A stretch of DNA of 64,000 nucleotides. Origin: Halobacteroidaceae bacterium. Lineage in GTDB: Bacteria > Bacillota > Halanaerobiia > B1SED10-174. The translations under genes were made by a program, and so were the position numbers. The stretch is from positions 4,598 to 68,597 of the forward strand of contig PUNE01000022.1 of the NCBI GenBank assembly GCA_003551665.1, written 5' to 3'. The notes under the pieces are model-generated. The model had not been told where the DNA came from. It made no database searches and worked only from the letters and a program-made list of their open reading frames with translations. This document shows, piece by piece, positions 27,356-35,294 of the stretch; the first letter of the stretch is position 1; the number at the start of each line of letters is the position of its first letter.

Positions 27356-27450
27356 TTTTTGCCCTCCCCGATTTTTCTGTTTTCGAACCCTCTGTTTATT
27401 TTTCTATTTTTCCCCTTCGCCCCCTTCCCTGAGAAAAAGAAAAGGCAGTA

Positions 27451-27485
27451 AAATTAAAAAATGACCTTTGACTATTGTCAAAAGC
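27451..27485 (-). terminator. intrinsic terminator of the small basic ORF unit
   Basis: Minus strand: CTTTTGACaataGTCAAAGG followed by TCATTTTTTAATTTT. Confidence 0.6.
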
Positions 27486-27516
27486 CATTTATTCTTCAGC
27501 TAACTATCCCATTGCA

Positions 27517-27624
27517 CTACTTTTTTGTTCTCTCCCTGGAGCTTTTTGGTTTTTCTGCAAAACCGGGCTTGCTTTTTTCATTTTTTTGTTTTTTCATGGC
27601 TGGAGCTTTTTTTCTCTCTTTCAT
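27517..27624 (-). CDS. hypothetical 35-aa lysine-rich peptide
   Basis: Below the ORF-track cutoff; my own translation is MKERKKAPAMKKQKNEKSKPGFAEKPKSSRERTKK. SD GGAGGGG lies 5-7 nt upstream. It has its own consensus promoter and terminator. No hydrophobic segment. Confidence 0.35.
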   Translation of the reverse strand: MKERKKAPAMKKQKNEKSKPGFAEKPKSSRERTKK

Positions 27625-27715
27625 TTCATCCCCTCCTCTCCACATATAATAGAGAGGAGCATCTGAAATCCAAATGAGCCCAATGTTTCCTCCTGATCTC
27701 CTCTATATTGATTAA

Positions 27716-27744
27716 ATTATATTGTCCCCAAAGTTTGGGGTCAA
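27716..27744 (-). promoter_or_regulatory. sigma-A type promoter TTGACC-N17-TATAAT (minus strand)
   Basis: Plus-strand ggtcaa at 27739-27744 and attata at 27716-27721, with a 17-nt spacer. It would drive the 35-aa ORF. Confidence 0.55.
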
Positions 27745-27891
27745 AGGTAAAATTTGCCTAAAACTATCGTTTTTCAAGCAGGGGAACAACTTTTGGCGGT
27801 TTTATTATATGGATCTCAACACAGCGCCTTCTTTCCCCAAATGAGGAGGTTTTAAAAATCCCCCTCAAAAGGTTCAGTGGATGACCCGAGT

Positions 27892-28599
27892 TCAAACACT
27901 CTTCTTTAAATCCATCAGTTCCTCCCAATCCAGGAGCAGGCTGGGGTCAACATTCAAATAGTAACCCCCTTTGCGACCCATCCTGACCCCGACTACCCCT
28001 GATTGCACCAGTGAGCCAATAATTCCCCTGAGATATGAAGGTGTTATATTTAAGGAATCTCCCAGGGCATCGGAATCTATTGGATTGGAATAAGAGGCCT
28101 CTTTTTTCTTCAGGAATTTTAAAATCTCATAGTGCAGGGGCTGCCAATTATTTTCCAAAAAAGCCTGGATCTGGTGATAATCAGCACCCACAGTTTTATT
28201 AAACAATTCCCTTTTAAATTTGTTTATCCTGAATTCAACAATACCCTCTTTAATTACTCTGGTCAATCTCTCGATGGCCAGTGGTTTGGTCAAAAACTTA
28301 TAAACCTGTCCTTCATTTACTGCCTGCAGGGCATTATCAACATCAGCATAACCTGTGATAATTACCCGCATACTATCAGGTAAAATTTTTCGGGTTTCTG
28401 CGAGAAAACTAACTCCATCTTTTCCCGGCATTTTGTAATCAGCCAGAATTACAGCAATATCCTGATTTGCATCAACTATTTCCAGCCCCTGCTCAGCGCT
28501 TTTTGCGGTAAGAACCTCAAAGTCATCCATCAGGTGTCTCCTGAAAGCCTCCAGAATACGGGGTTCGTCATCAACAATAAGGACTTTCTCCCTGTTCAT
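27892..28599 (-). CDS. response regulator, REC domain plus C-terminal Rrf2-like winged-helix domain
   Basis: 235 aa. REC features: LIVDDEP, phospho-acceptor region ILADYKMPGKDG, ITGYAD, KFLTKP. The C-terminus ...ITPSYLRGIIGSLVQSGVVGVRMGRKGGYYL resembles an Rrf2/wHTH recognition helix plus wing. Confidence 0.85.
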   Translation of the reverse strand: MNREKVLIVDDEPRILEAFRRHLMDDFEVLTAKSAEQGLEIVDANQDIAVILADYKMPGKDGVSFLAETRKILPDSMRVIITGYADVDNALQAVNEGQVYKFLTKPLAIERLTRVIKEGIVEFRINKFKRELFNKTVGADYHQIQAFLENNWQPLHYEILKFLKKKEASYSNPIDSDALGDSLNITPSYLRGIIGSLVQSGVVGVRMGRKGGYYLNVDPSLLLDWEELMDLKKSV

Positions 28600-28613
28600 T
28601 TTTTTTACCTCCT

Positions 28614-30677
28614 TTAATCTTCGATGGCCACAGTATTGGCCAGTGGCAAATTTATAATAAACCTGGTTCCTTTACCAGGTTCTGATTCCACGAACAACTC
28701 CCCGTTATGCTTGTTGACAATAATATCGTGGGCAATTGTCAAACCCTGTCCGGTCCCTTTACCCACCTCTTTGGTGGTAAAAAAGGGATCAAAAATCCTG
28801 TTTTTTATCTCCGGCGGGATACCAATACCATTGTCCTCAATTATAACCTGTATTAAATTTTCCAGTGCCCTGGTTTTAATCTTAATTATCCCCCGTTCAA
28901 TAATCCCTTTATTCCGGGCTTCAATGATAGCCTGGGCTGAATTAATTACCATATTCAAAAATACCTGGTTGATTTTTTCCATGATGCAACCTATCCCTGG
29001 CAGGGTGGGATCCAGGTCCAATTCAACCTCTGCCGCATACTTCCATTCGTTTCTGGCAATTTCCACCGTGCTCTTTATCCCCCTGTTAATGTCTCCCAGT
29101 TTCATCTCAGAGTCTCCAGGATGAGCAAAGTTTTTCATGGAAAGGACCAGCCTATTAACCCTTTGGGCTCCCTCTACGGCATCTTTTAATGCATTTGGGA
29201 TTTCCTCAATTAAATGCCCCGCACGTCCTTCGGGAATACCAACATACTCTTCCAGAGATGCAAAGGCTTTCTGCAAAAAACTCAGGTTATCTCCAATATA
29301 TTGCATCGGAGTATTTATTTCATGGGCTATTCCGGCAGCCAGTTGGCCTATGGATTCCATTTTCTGAGATACAATAACCTGGTCCTCCACGTGCTTTCTG
29401 GCAGTAATATCCCGGAAAATTATTACCTGACCCAGTTTTCTCCCTTCCCTGTTTTTTATAGGAGATCGCGTCTCACTAATTACTTTCATCTCTCCCTTTT
29501 TAGTAGAAAGCAGGGTACTTTTTTCCCGGTCATTCCCCGGGCTCTTCTTCTGGGTAACCCGGAAAAAACTCTCCAGGTTCTTTCCTATTACCTCCTCTGG
29601 CCTCCAACCAGTTATTTCTGTCGCAGACCTGTTCAGCCTGACCACCAGATTCCTTTCATCCGTTGTAATTACTCCTTCCCCAATACTGTGCAGGGTAATA
29701 TCCAGTTTTTCCTTTTCCGCTATAAGCATTTCTTCGGTTTTTTTTCTTTCATCTATCTCCTGCAAAAGTTCTTTTTTTTGCTCCCTCACCTTCCTCAATC
29801 TCTTTTTTAACCCTTGCTGAACTCTAACGCACCCCGTAATATTTTTTGCTCGAACTGAAAAACCAACTATCTGGTTTTCTTCTCCGGAAATGGCCTTTAT
29901 TTCCCATTTCCATTTTTCAGAATTATGCTCCTGTGAAAAGCCAGCGGCAACTGCTCCCTGCTGAACTCTATTAAAAATGCTGGAAAATTTCCTTCCTGTT
30001 TCCGTTTTGAGAAAGGAAATAAATTCCCTGCCAATAATATTTTCTCCCCCATCCAGAAATTTTTTACCTGCCGGATTGGCCGCCACAATTTTCCCTGACG
30101 GATCCAGGAAAAAAAACAAATCATCCAAATCCCAAAGCAACCTTTCCAGACTCCAGCAGTGGGTTTTTTCAATCCCAATAATTGCAGATACCTGTTTGCC
30201 CGGAAGGTTTTTTCGAATAAAGTTCCAGTAGCTCCATTTTTTTTCATCCTCTTCAACCCACACATTCTTCTTTCCTTTTTGCCAGGAGTTCTCAGGTGAT
30301 AGAATTCCAACTTTTTCCGGAAATTCGGCTCCTCCTAATAAACCCTTCCCCGGGGAAAAAAAGCTTAGTCGGATTTCCGGGGGAAGAAAAAAATTCAAAA
30401 TTTTAGCCAGGCAAAAGGAAATCACCCCGGGGGAAATAATGGCAAAAACAACAAGAGACAAAATATAAAAGATGTTTTGCGGGGAAATATTAAAACCTGC
30501 AGACCAGATTAAAAGGAAGGAAAACCAGAATACAATTAGGCTTCTTATCCTCAAACCATTGGAAAAACAAAAAACCATAGTCACTAAACCCATACTGGAA
30601 ACCAGAGCAGGGGAGGGATTGAAAAAAACAACAATAAAAAGAGAAAACAAAAGATAGCCGACAAAAAATAATTTCAT
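28614..30677 (-). CDS. membrane sensor histidine kinase with two PAS domains
   Basis: 687 aa. About 4 N-terminal TM helices, two PAS-like segments, a coiled coil, H-box AAGIAHEINTPMQYI, N box (NMVINSAQAI), G1 (EDNGIGI) and G2 (GKGTGQGLTIAH). Confidence 0.9.
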   Translation of the reverse strand: MKLFFVGYLLFSLFIVVFFNPSPALVSSMGLVTMVFCFSNGLRIRSLIVFWFSFLLIWSAGFNISPQNIFYILSLVVFAIISPGVISFCLAKILNFFLPPEIRLSFFSPGKGLLGGAEFPEKVGILSPENSWQKGKKNVWVEEDEKKWSYWNFIRKNLPGKQVSAIIGIEKTHCWSLERLLWDLDDLFFFLDPSGKIVAANPAGKKFLDGGENIIGREFISFLKTETGRKFSSIFNRVQQGAVAAGFSQEHNSEKWKWEIKAISGEENQIVGFSVRAKNITGCVRVQQGLKKRLRKVREQKKELLQEIDERKKTEEMLIAEKEKLDITLHSIGEGVITTDERNLVVRLNRSATEITGWRPEEVIGKNLESFFRVTQKKSPGNDREKSTLLSTKKGEMKVISETRSPIKNREGRKLGQVIIFRDITARKHVEDQVIVSQKMESIGQLAAGIAHEINTPMQYIGDNLSFLQKAFASLEEYVGIPEGRAGHLIEEIPNALKDAVEGAQRVNRLVLSMKNFAHPGDSEMKLGDINRGIKSTVEIARNEWKYAAEVELDLDPTLPGIGCIMEKINQVFLNMVINSAQAIIEARNKGIIERGIIKIKTRALENLIQVIIEDNGIGIPPEIKNRIFDPFFTTKEVGKGTGQGLTIAHDIIVNKHNGELFVESEPGKGTRFIINLPLANTVAIED

Positions 30678-30754
30678 TTAAAAACACCTCCCCCTTTTAT
30701 TAACGGTTTTTTCCCGGATTTTTTTCAACTTTTTCTTCAGTTTTTTCCCCGGAA

Positions 30755-30778
30755 TAAAAAAACCGCCCAGCGGGCGGC
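30755..30778 (-). terminator. intrinsic terminator after the pilin gene
   Basis: Minus strand: CCGCCCGCTGGGCGG followed by TTTTTTTAT. Confidence 0.8.
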
Positions 30779-30785
30779 AGAAAAT

Positions 30786-31184
30786 TTAACCTGCTTTATC
30801 TTCAATTTCTATCCTATCAATGTATATATTCGCACCACTTCTCTGCTTTTCTTCGTCCTCGGCTTCATTTTTGACTGTTGCTACTATCTTCGCTTCTTCG
30901 CTGTCACTTTCCAGTTCCAATTCATATCGGCCAAGGAAAACAGTGCCTTCCAGGTCATTCCCTAGAAAAACACCCAGTTCCTCTGTTTCCCCAAGAGAGT
31001 TTTCCCCGTTTTCAATCTCGTAGTAATTCCATGCCTGCCGAACTGCCTGAAGTTCACCAATGGTTGCTGTTTCCACCGCCCTGTCCCGGAATCCGTCCAG
31101 CCTGGGGATGGTAATCATGGCCAGCAAACCCAGAATGGAAATAACCAAAAGCAATTCCACCAGCGTAAAACCTTTTTCCTTCAC
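30786..31184 (-). CDS. pilA: type IV pilin (candidate major pilin)
   Basis: 132 aa. GTG start 7 nt behind GGAGGTGA. Class III signal (M)KEKG|FTLVELLLVISILGLLAMITIP with Glu5. Acidic C-terminal globular part without Cys. Confidence 0.8.
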   Translation of the reverse strand: MKEKGFTLVELLLVISILGLLAMITIPRLDGFRDRAVETATIGELQAVRQAWNYYEIENGENSLGETEELGVFLGNDLEGTVFLGRYELELESDSEEAKIVATVKNEAEDEEKQRSGANIYIDRIEIEDKAG

Positions 31185-31263
31185 CAGCAGGTCACCTCCA
31201 GAGTCCTTTTATATTATTTTCTATATTTTCCAGAAATTTCCTTCTGCGATTTTTTCACTTTCC

Positions 31264-31292
31264 TTTGAGAATTTTTTCCCAATAATATATAA
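31264..31292 (+). promoter_or_regulatory. sigma-A type promoter TTGAGA-N17-TATAAT for rtcB
   Basis: ttgaga at 31264-31269 and tataat at 31287-31292. Confidence 0.5.
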
Positions 31293-31307
31293 TGATTATA
31301 ACTGGAG

Positions 31308-32729
31308 GTGGTTTTTATCAAACTAGAAAACGCGGGAAAAAATAAATTCAAAATTACCAAACAGGGAAAAATGCAAACCGATTGTTTCCTCTACCTGACC
31401 CCTGACCTGGCAAAAAACCTGGAAAGCGATTGCATCAAACAACTCACTGATGCCGCTTCCCTGCCCGGCCTGGCAGGACCGGTTTTGGCCATGCCTGATG
31501 TCCATACTGGTTTCGGTCTACCCATTGGGGGGATTATGGCCATGGACGGGAAAAAAGGACTGGTTTCAGCTGGGGCTGTGGGAATGGATATTAATTGCGG
31601 GGTCCGCCTATTACAGACAAATATTGATAAAAAAGACCTTGATCCCAAACACCTTCAAACATTAATAAAAAATATTCTGGCTCGAGTTCCTGTGGGACTG
31701 GGAAAGGCTACCCCTTATAAAGCTGAAATGTCTCCAATCCAAAAAAAAATATTTACAATGGGTGCCCGACCCCTGGTTGAAGCAGGTTATGGTCGTTGGG
31801 CTGACCTGGAAACAACTGAAGAAAACGGAACCTTTCCCCTTGCTGATCCAGGGGCGGTGAGTAAAAAAGCCCTTTCCCGGGGGGACCAGTTGGGAACCCT
31901 GGGGTCAGGTAATCACTTTATAGAACTTGGTTACATTGAAGAAGTCTACAATTCCCAGGTCTCTGGAATTATGGGCCTGGAAACTGGAAAACTCACCGTT
32001 CTCATCCACAGTGGTAGTAGAGGTTTCGGCCACCAGGTTTGCACCGATTTTTCTTCTCAGATGCTCCAGGCAGCCCGGAAATATAACATCGAACTACCCA
32101 ACAAAGGGCTTGCTGCTGTTCCTATAGAATCCCCGGAAGGACAGGCATACCTGAAGGCAATGGGGTGTGCGGTCAATTTCGCTTTCGCCAACCGGCAATT
32201 GATTGCCCACCTGGTAAGAGAAGCCATTGGGGAAACCCTCCACGAAGTGCCTCACAGGCTGGGACTGGGGCAGATCTACGATGTTGCCCATAATATTGCC
32301 AAGTTTGAAGAACACCAGGGCAGTAAAGTCCTCATCCATCGTAAGGGCGCTACACGAGCCCTACCTCCCGGGCATCCCCTCAATCCCCAAATCTACAAAA
32401 ACACGGGCCAGCCGGCAATCATTCCCGGGAGCATGGGGACAAGTTCTTATGTAACTGTTGCCAGGGAAAAGGCCAGTGAAACCTATTTTTCTGTTAACCA
32501 TGGAGCAGGAAGGGTTCTTTCCCGCTCCCAGGCAAAAAAACAGATCAGCAAAAATGACTTCCAAAAACAAATGGGAGATGTCCGCTATAATGTCAGGGAT
32601 TACAAAAAAATTGTTGACGAAGCTCCGGGAGCTTACAAAAATATCGACGATGTAATTAACACCCTGAGCGAAATAGATATAACGGAAAAGATTTGTCGCC
32701 TAAAGCCCCTTGCTGCAATAAAAGGTTAA
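31308..32729 (+). CDS. rtcB: RNA ligase RtcB
   Basis: 473 aa: AMPDVHTGFGLPIGG, GSGNHFIELG, HSGSRGFGHQV, and the C-terminal NHGAGR segment are RtcB active-site blocks. The start is ambiguous: GTG 31308 lies inside the SD GGAGGTGG, in-frame ATC 31317 is 5 nt after it, and the first ATG is at 31371. Confidence 0.9.
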   Translation: MVFIKLENAGKNKFKITKQGKMQTDCFLYLTPDLAKNLESDCIKQLTDAASLPGLAGPVLAMPDVHTGFGLPIGGIMAMDGKKGLVSAGAVGMDINCGVRLLQTNIDKKDLDPKHLQTLIKNILARVPVGLGKATPYKAEMSPIQKKIFTMGARPLVEAGYGRWADLETTEENGTFPLADPGAVSKKALSRGDQLGTLGSGNHFIELGYIEEVYNSQVSGIMGLETGKLTVLIHSGSRGFGHQVCTDFSSQMLQAARKYNIELPNKGLAAVPIESPEGQAYLKAMGCAVNFAFANRQLIAHLVREAIGETLHEVPHRLGLGQIYDVAHNIAKFEEHQGSKVLIHRKGATRALPPGHPLNPQIYKNTGQPAIIPGSMGTSSYVTVAREKASETYFSVNHGAGRVLSRSQAKKQISKNDFQKQMGDVRYNVRDYKKIVDEAPGAYKNIDDVINTLSEIDITEKICRLKPLAAIKG

Positions 32730-32756
32730 AAAAAGTCCCCCCGGGGACTTTTTTTA
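32728..32756. terminator. bidirectional terminator between rtcB and the GHKL gene
   Basis: AAAAAAAGTCCCCccGGGGACTTTTTTT: a palindromic GC stem flanked by an A-run and a T-run. Confidence 0.75.
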
Positions 32757-32779
32757 TGCCTTTTAATTGATTTTTGGTT

Positions 32780-33127
32780 TTAAAGCTTGATATAAACAGT
32801 TATTTCTGTACCCCTGCCCGGGGAAGAAATTACCTCCGCTTTATCGGTCATCATACCAACCAGAGAAAGACCCGTTCCCTGAAAACTCTGTCCAGCAAGA
32901 GAGCCATAGTAATCCTCCAGTTCTTCTCGCCTCGGTCTTTGAAGCTTTTTTTCCGCTTCCTTCAATTTTCCTTCATCCATTCCCTTTCCATTATCCTTTA
33001 CCTTTATAACAACCTGGTCTCCATCAAAATCAACTGAAGCTTCAATACTGGTAGCCCCCGCCTTTATTGCATTATTAAAAAGCTCGTCCACTATCCCCCT
33101 GATGTTTCTTCTGTAAGAATGCATCAC
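32780..33127 (-). CDS. stand-alone GHKL (HATPase_c) ATP-binding protein
   Basis: 115 aa. N box DELFNNAIKA, G1 DNGKGM, G2 GTGLSLV, then GRGTEITVYIKL. No H-box or dimerisation domain. The start overlaps the upstream stop (ATGA). Confidence 0.7.
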   Translation of the reverse strand: MMHSYRRNIRGIVDELFNNAIKAGATSIEASVDFDGDQVVIKVKDNGKGMDEGKLKEAEKKLQRPRREELEDYYGSLAGQSFQGTGLSLVGMMTDKAEVISSPGRGTEITVYIKL

Positions 33128-34359
33128 CCTGCCTCCTTCTTTTTATGTGGCCGCTGATTAAGCCAGCGGCTGACACCCACAAACACCGTCGCAACTAGTC
33201 CCCCCGCAAAACCATTATTGTAAAGGTTCATGCCCGCATGGAAAGGCCCGGAAATCATTACCACGCTCAGGTGAACAACTCCGGCAAGAATTCCTATAAC
33301 AGGACCAAAATTCCCCGCTACCGGAGCAAGTGTCGTCCCAAAAAGAGCAGCAAGGATGGGACCAGGAGCGGAAGGGCTGAAAGAACTCAAAATCGACCCC
33401 AGGAAAACACCCACCATTATCGGCCAGATATTTTTAACATGTTTTCCAAAAGCTCCAAACCCCACCATTGTAAATACTCCTCCCAGCGTGGGCCCGTTAA
33501 ACTCTCCACCTACCAGTAAAATATAGATAAGGCCAATCAAACCAACCAGTCCCATATTGAGGAGAGTGGCTTGCGTCCCTTCCTCGGTTATAAAATCTGT
33601 TACCAGAGTTCCGGGCAGCTTAAAAAGGTTTTTCAGGTTAGGCCATCCTGACCAGCCAAGAACAACCATGAGGCCAAAGTAAAGGAAAAAAACTGTCCCC
33701 AGGGCCCATTGTTCCCCGGTATACCAGATTTCTTCCAATAATAGTTCTTCCCCTGCAAGGGTAAGCATGGCTGTCAGGTAAATACCTACAATGCCGCAGG
33801 TAAACCCAACATTGTAAAGGTTAAAACCCTGATGGTTGTGCAAAAGGTGGGAGGCCATCGCAGGCAGAATCATCCCTGTTCCCAATCCTATCAGGACAGC
33901 CGCAAAATATCCCCAGCCCAGGCCAAAAGCAACCTGGGAAATTAGCGGCCCCAGGGCAGTCCCAAACAGGGCAACAACAATTACCGACCTGAAGTTATCC
34001 CGTTTGATCAGGGCAGCAATGCTAACTCCTAGAACAATCGGCCAGATATTTATGAGAGTTTTCCCGAATAGGCCAAATCCAGCCATGGTAAAAATGGCTG
34101 CAATAGTAGGACCGGAAAAATGAGTTTTGCTTAAAAAAATCAGGAGTAATCCAAAAAGCCCTACTAGTCCAGAATTAATTAATGTTGCTCCAACACCCCC
34201 GACTGCAAAATAATCAGAAATCAAAATACCTGGAGTCACAATTATTTCCTGGAAACCTTCATACTTGGCAGAAAAACTCTCCCCCGGCCAAAACAAACCC
34301 AATAGAACCAGGGCCAGCATGTAAAAGGAAAAAATTAAGTAACGGTTTTTATCCGACAT
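33124..34359 (-). CDS. polytopic membrane protein with internal duplication (DUF1576-like, from memory)
   Basis: 411 aa. The two halves share ATL(I/L)N.GLVGL.GL...L...F.GPT....FTM.GFG.FGK...NIWPI..GV......ALFGT.L.P. Transporter-like, with no assigned function. Confidence 0.6.
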   Translation of the reverse strand: MSDKNRYLIFSFYMLALVLLGLFWPGESFSAKYEGFQEIIVTPGILISDYFAVGGVGATLINSGLVGLFGLLLIFLSKTHFSGPTIAAIFTMAGFGLFGKTLINIWPIVLGVSIAALIKRDNFRSVIVVALFGTALGPLISQVAFGLGWGYFAAVLIGLGTGMILPAMASHLLHNHQGFNLYNVGFTCGIVGIYLTAMLTLAGEELLLEEIWYTGEQWALGTVFFLYFGLMVVLGWSGWPNLKNLFKLPGTLVTDFITEEGTQATLLNMGLVGLIGLIYILLVGGEFNGPTLGGVFTMVGFGAFGKHVKNIWPIMVGVFLGSILSSFSPSAPGPILAALFGTTLAPVAGNFGPVIGILAGVVHLSVVMISGPFHAGMNLYNNGFAGGLVATVFVGVSRWLNQRPHKKKEAG

Positions 34360-34409
34360 GTTTATATACTCCTTTTCTCCATTTTAACAGGTTGAAAAAA
34401 TTCCTCATT

Positions 34410-35294
34410 TTAGTTAACCCCAATAGCCTTTTTCTCCTCGCGACCCGCAAGAAACATTCCCCAGACAATTAGCAACCCCCCCAGATAACTTGGTCCGGGA
34501 AGCACTTCTCCCAGATAGAAAAACGCAAAAACCGTGGCAAAAACCGGCTCCAGGGCAAAAGCCAGGGCAGCAAAGGTTGCAGACAGGACCTGCTGGGCTT
34601 TATGTTCCCAGAGATAGGCAAGTCCCGTTGCGCCGATTCCCATGTAAGCAATCTGGATCCAATGGATACCCGAAAGATATCCCATTTCCCAGGGTTTAAA
34701 GGGAGCAAAGAAAACGGCAAGCACTCCCATTAAGAAAGCCATAAAAAGGATCTGGAGGGCAACAAAGGGTGGCCCATCTGCATCTGGTGCAAAACGGGAT
34801 ACAAAAACAATATAAAGAGCGAAGAAGATGGCACATAAAAAGACCAGAAATTCACCAATTCCAAAGTTTAACCTGTCAACATAATTCAGTAAATAAAGTC
34901 CAGCAACTGCAAGGCCTGCTCCCACCATGTTATTTTTGCTGAACCTTTCCTGCCCAAGAAAAAGAGCAATTAAGGGAACCAGAATAACAGATAGACCGGT
35001 AATAAAGCCCGCCTGGGAGGCGGTAGTCCAGTTCAAACCCAGGACCTGTGTCAAATAACCTCCAAAAAGAAGAAAACCCATAAAAAACCCCTGCCGAAAA
35101 CGGGCAGGATCCATCCTTTTCCAGCGAGGACCTGACCAGATTGCCAGGAAAAGTCCTCCCAGGAGAAATCGCCAGAATAAAAAGTTATATAAAGAAACCT
35201 GCTCCAGGAGATCTTTCATAACGGCAAAAGTAGTCCCCCAGATAAAGGCCACCAGAATTAACAAAAAAGCCCATTTTTTCATTGATCCGCCCAC
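34410..35294 (-). CDS. EamA/DMT-superfamily transporter
   Basis: 294 aa, ~10 TM, two EamA-type repeats (FIWGTTFAVMK...; GATGLAYLW...). Start may be ATG 35282 rather than GTG 35294. Confidence 0.8.
   Translation of the reverse strand: MGGSMKKWAFLLILVAFIWGTTFAVMKDLLEQVSLYNFLFWRFLLGGLFLAIWSGPRWKRMDPARFRQGFFMGFLLFGGYLTQVLGLNWTTASQAGFITGLSVILVPLIALFLGQERFSKNNMVGAGLAVAGLYLLNYVDRLNFGIGEFLVFLCAIFFALYIVFVSRFAPDADGPPFVALQILFMAFLMGVLAVFFAPFKPWEMGYLSGIHWIQIAYMGIGATGLAYLWEHKAQQVLSATFAALAFALEPVFATVFAFFYLGEVLPGPSYLGGLLIVWGMFLAGREEKKAIGVN

Noticed and set aside
31185-31262. Sigma-54 promoter upstream of the pilin gene (as for pilA in Proteobacteria)
   Set aside because: No TGGCAC-N5-TTGC-like element is present. 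Only AT-rich sigma-A-like boxes (TTTCTG-N17-TATAAA) are seen, and the adjacent regulator lacks an AAA+ domain.
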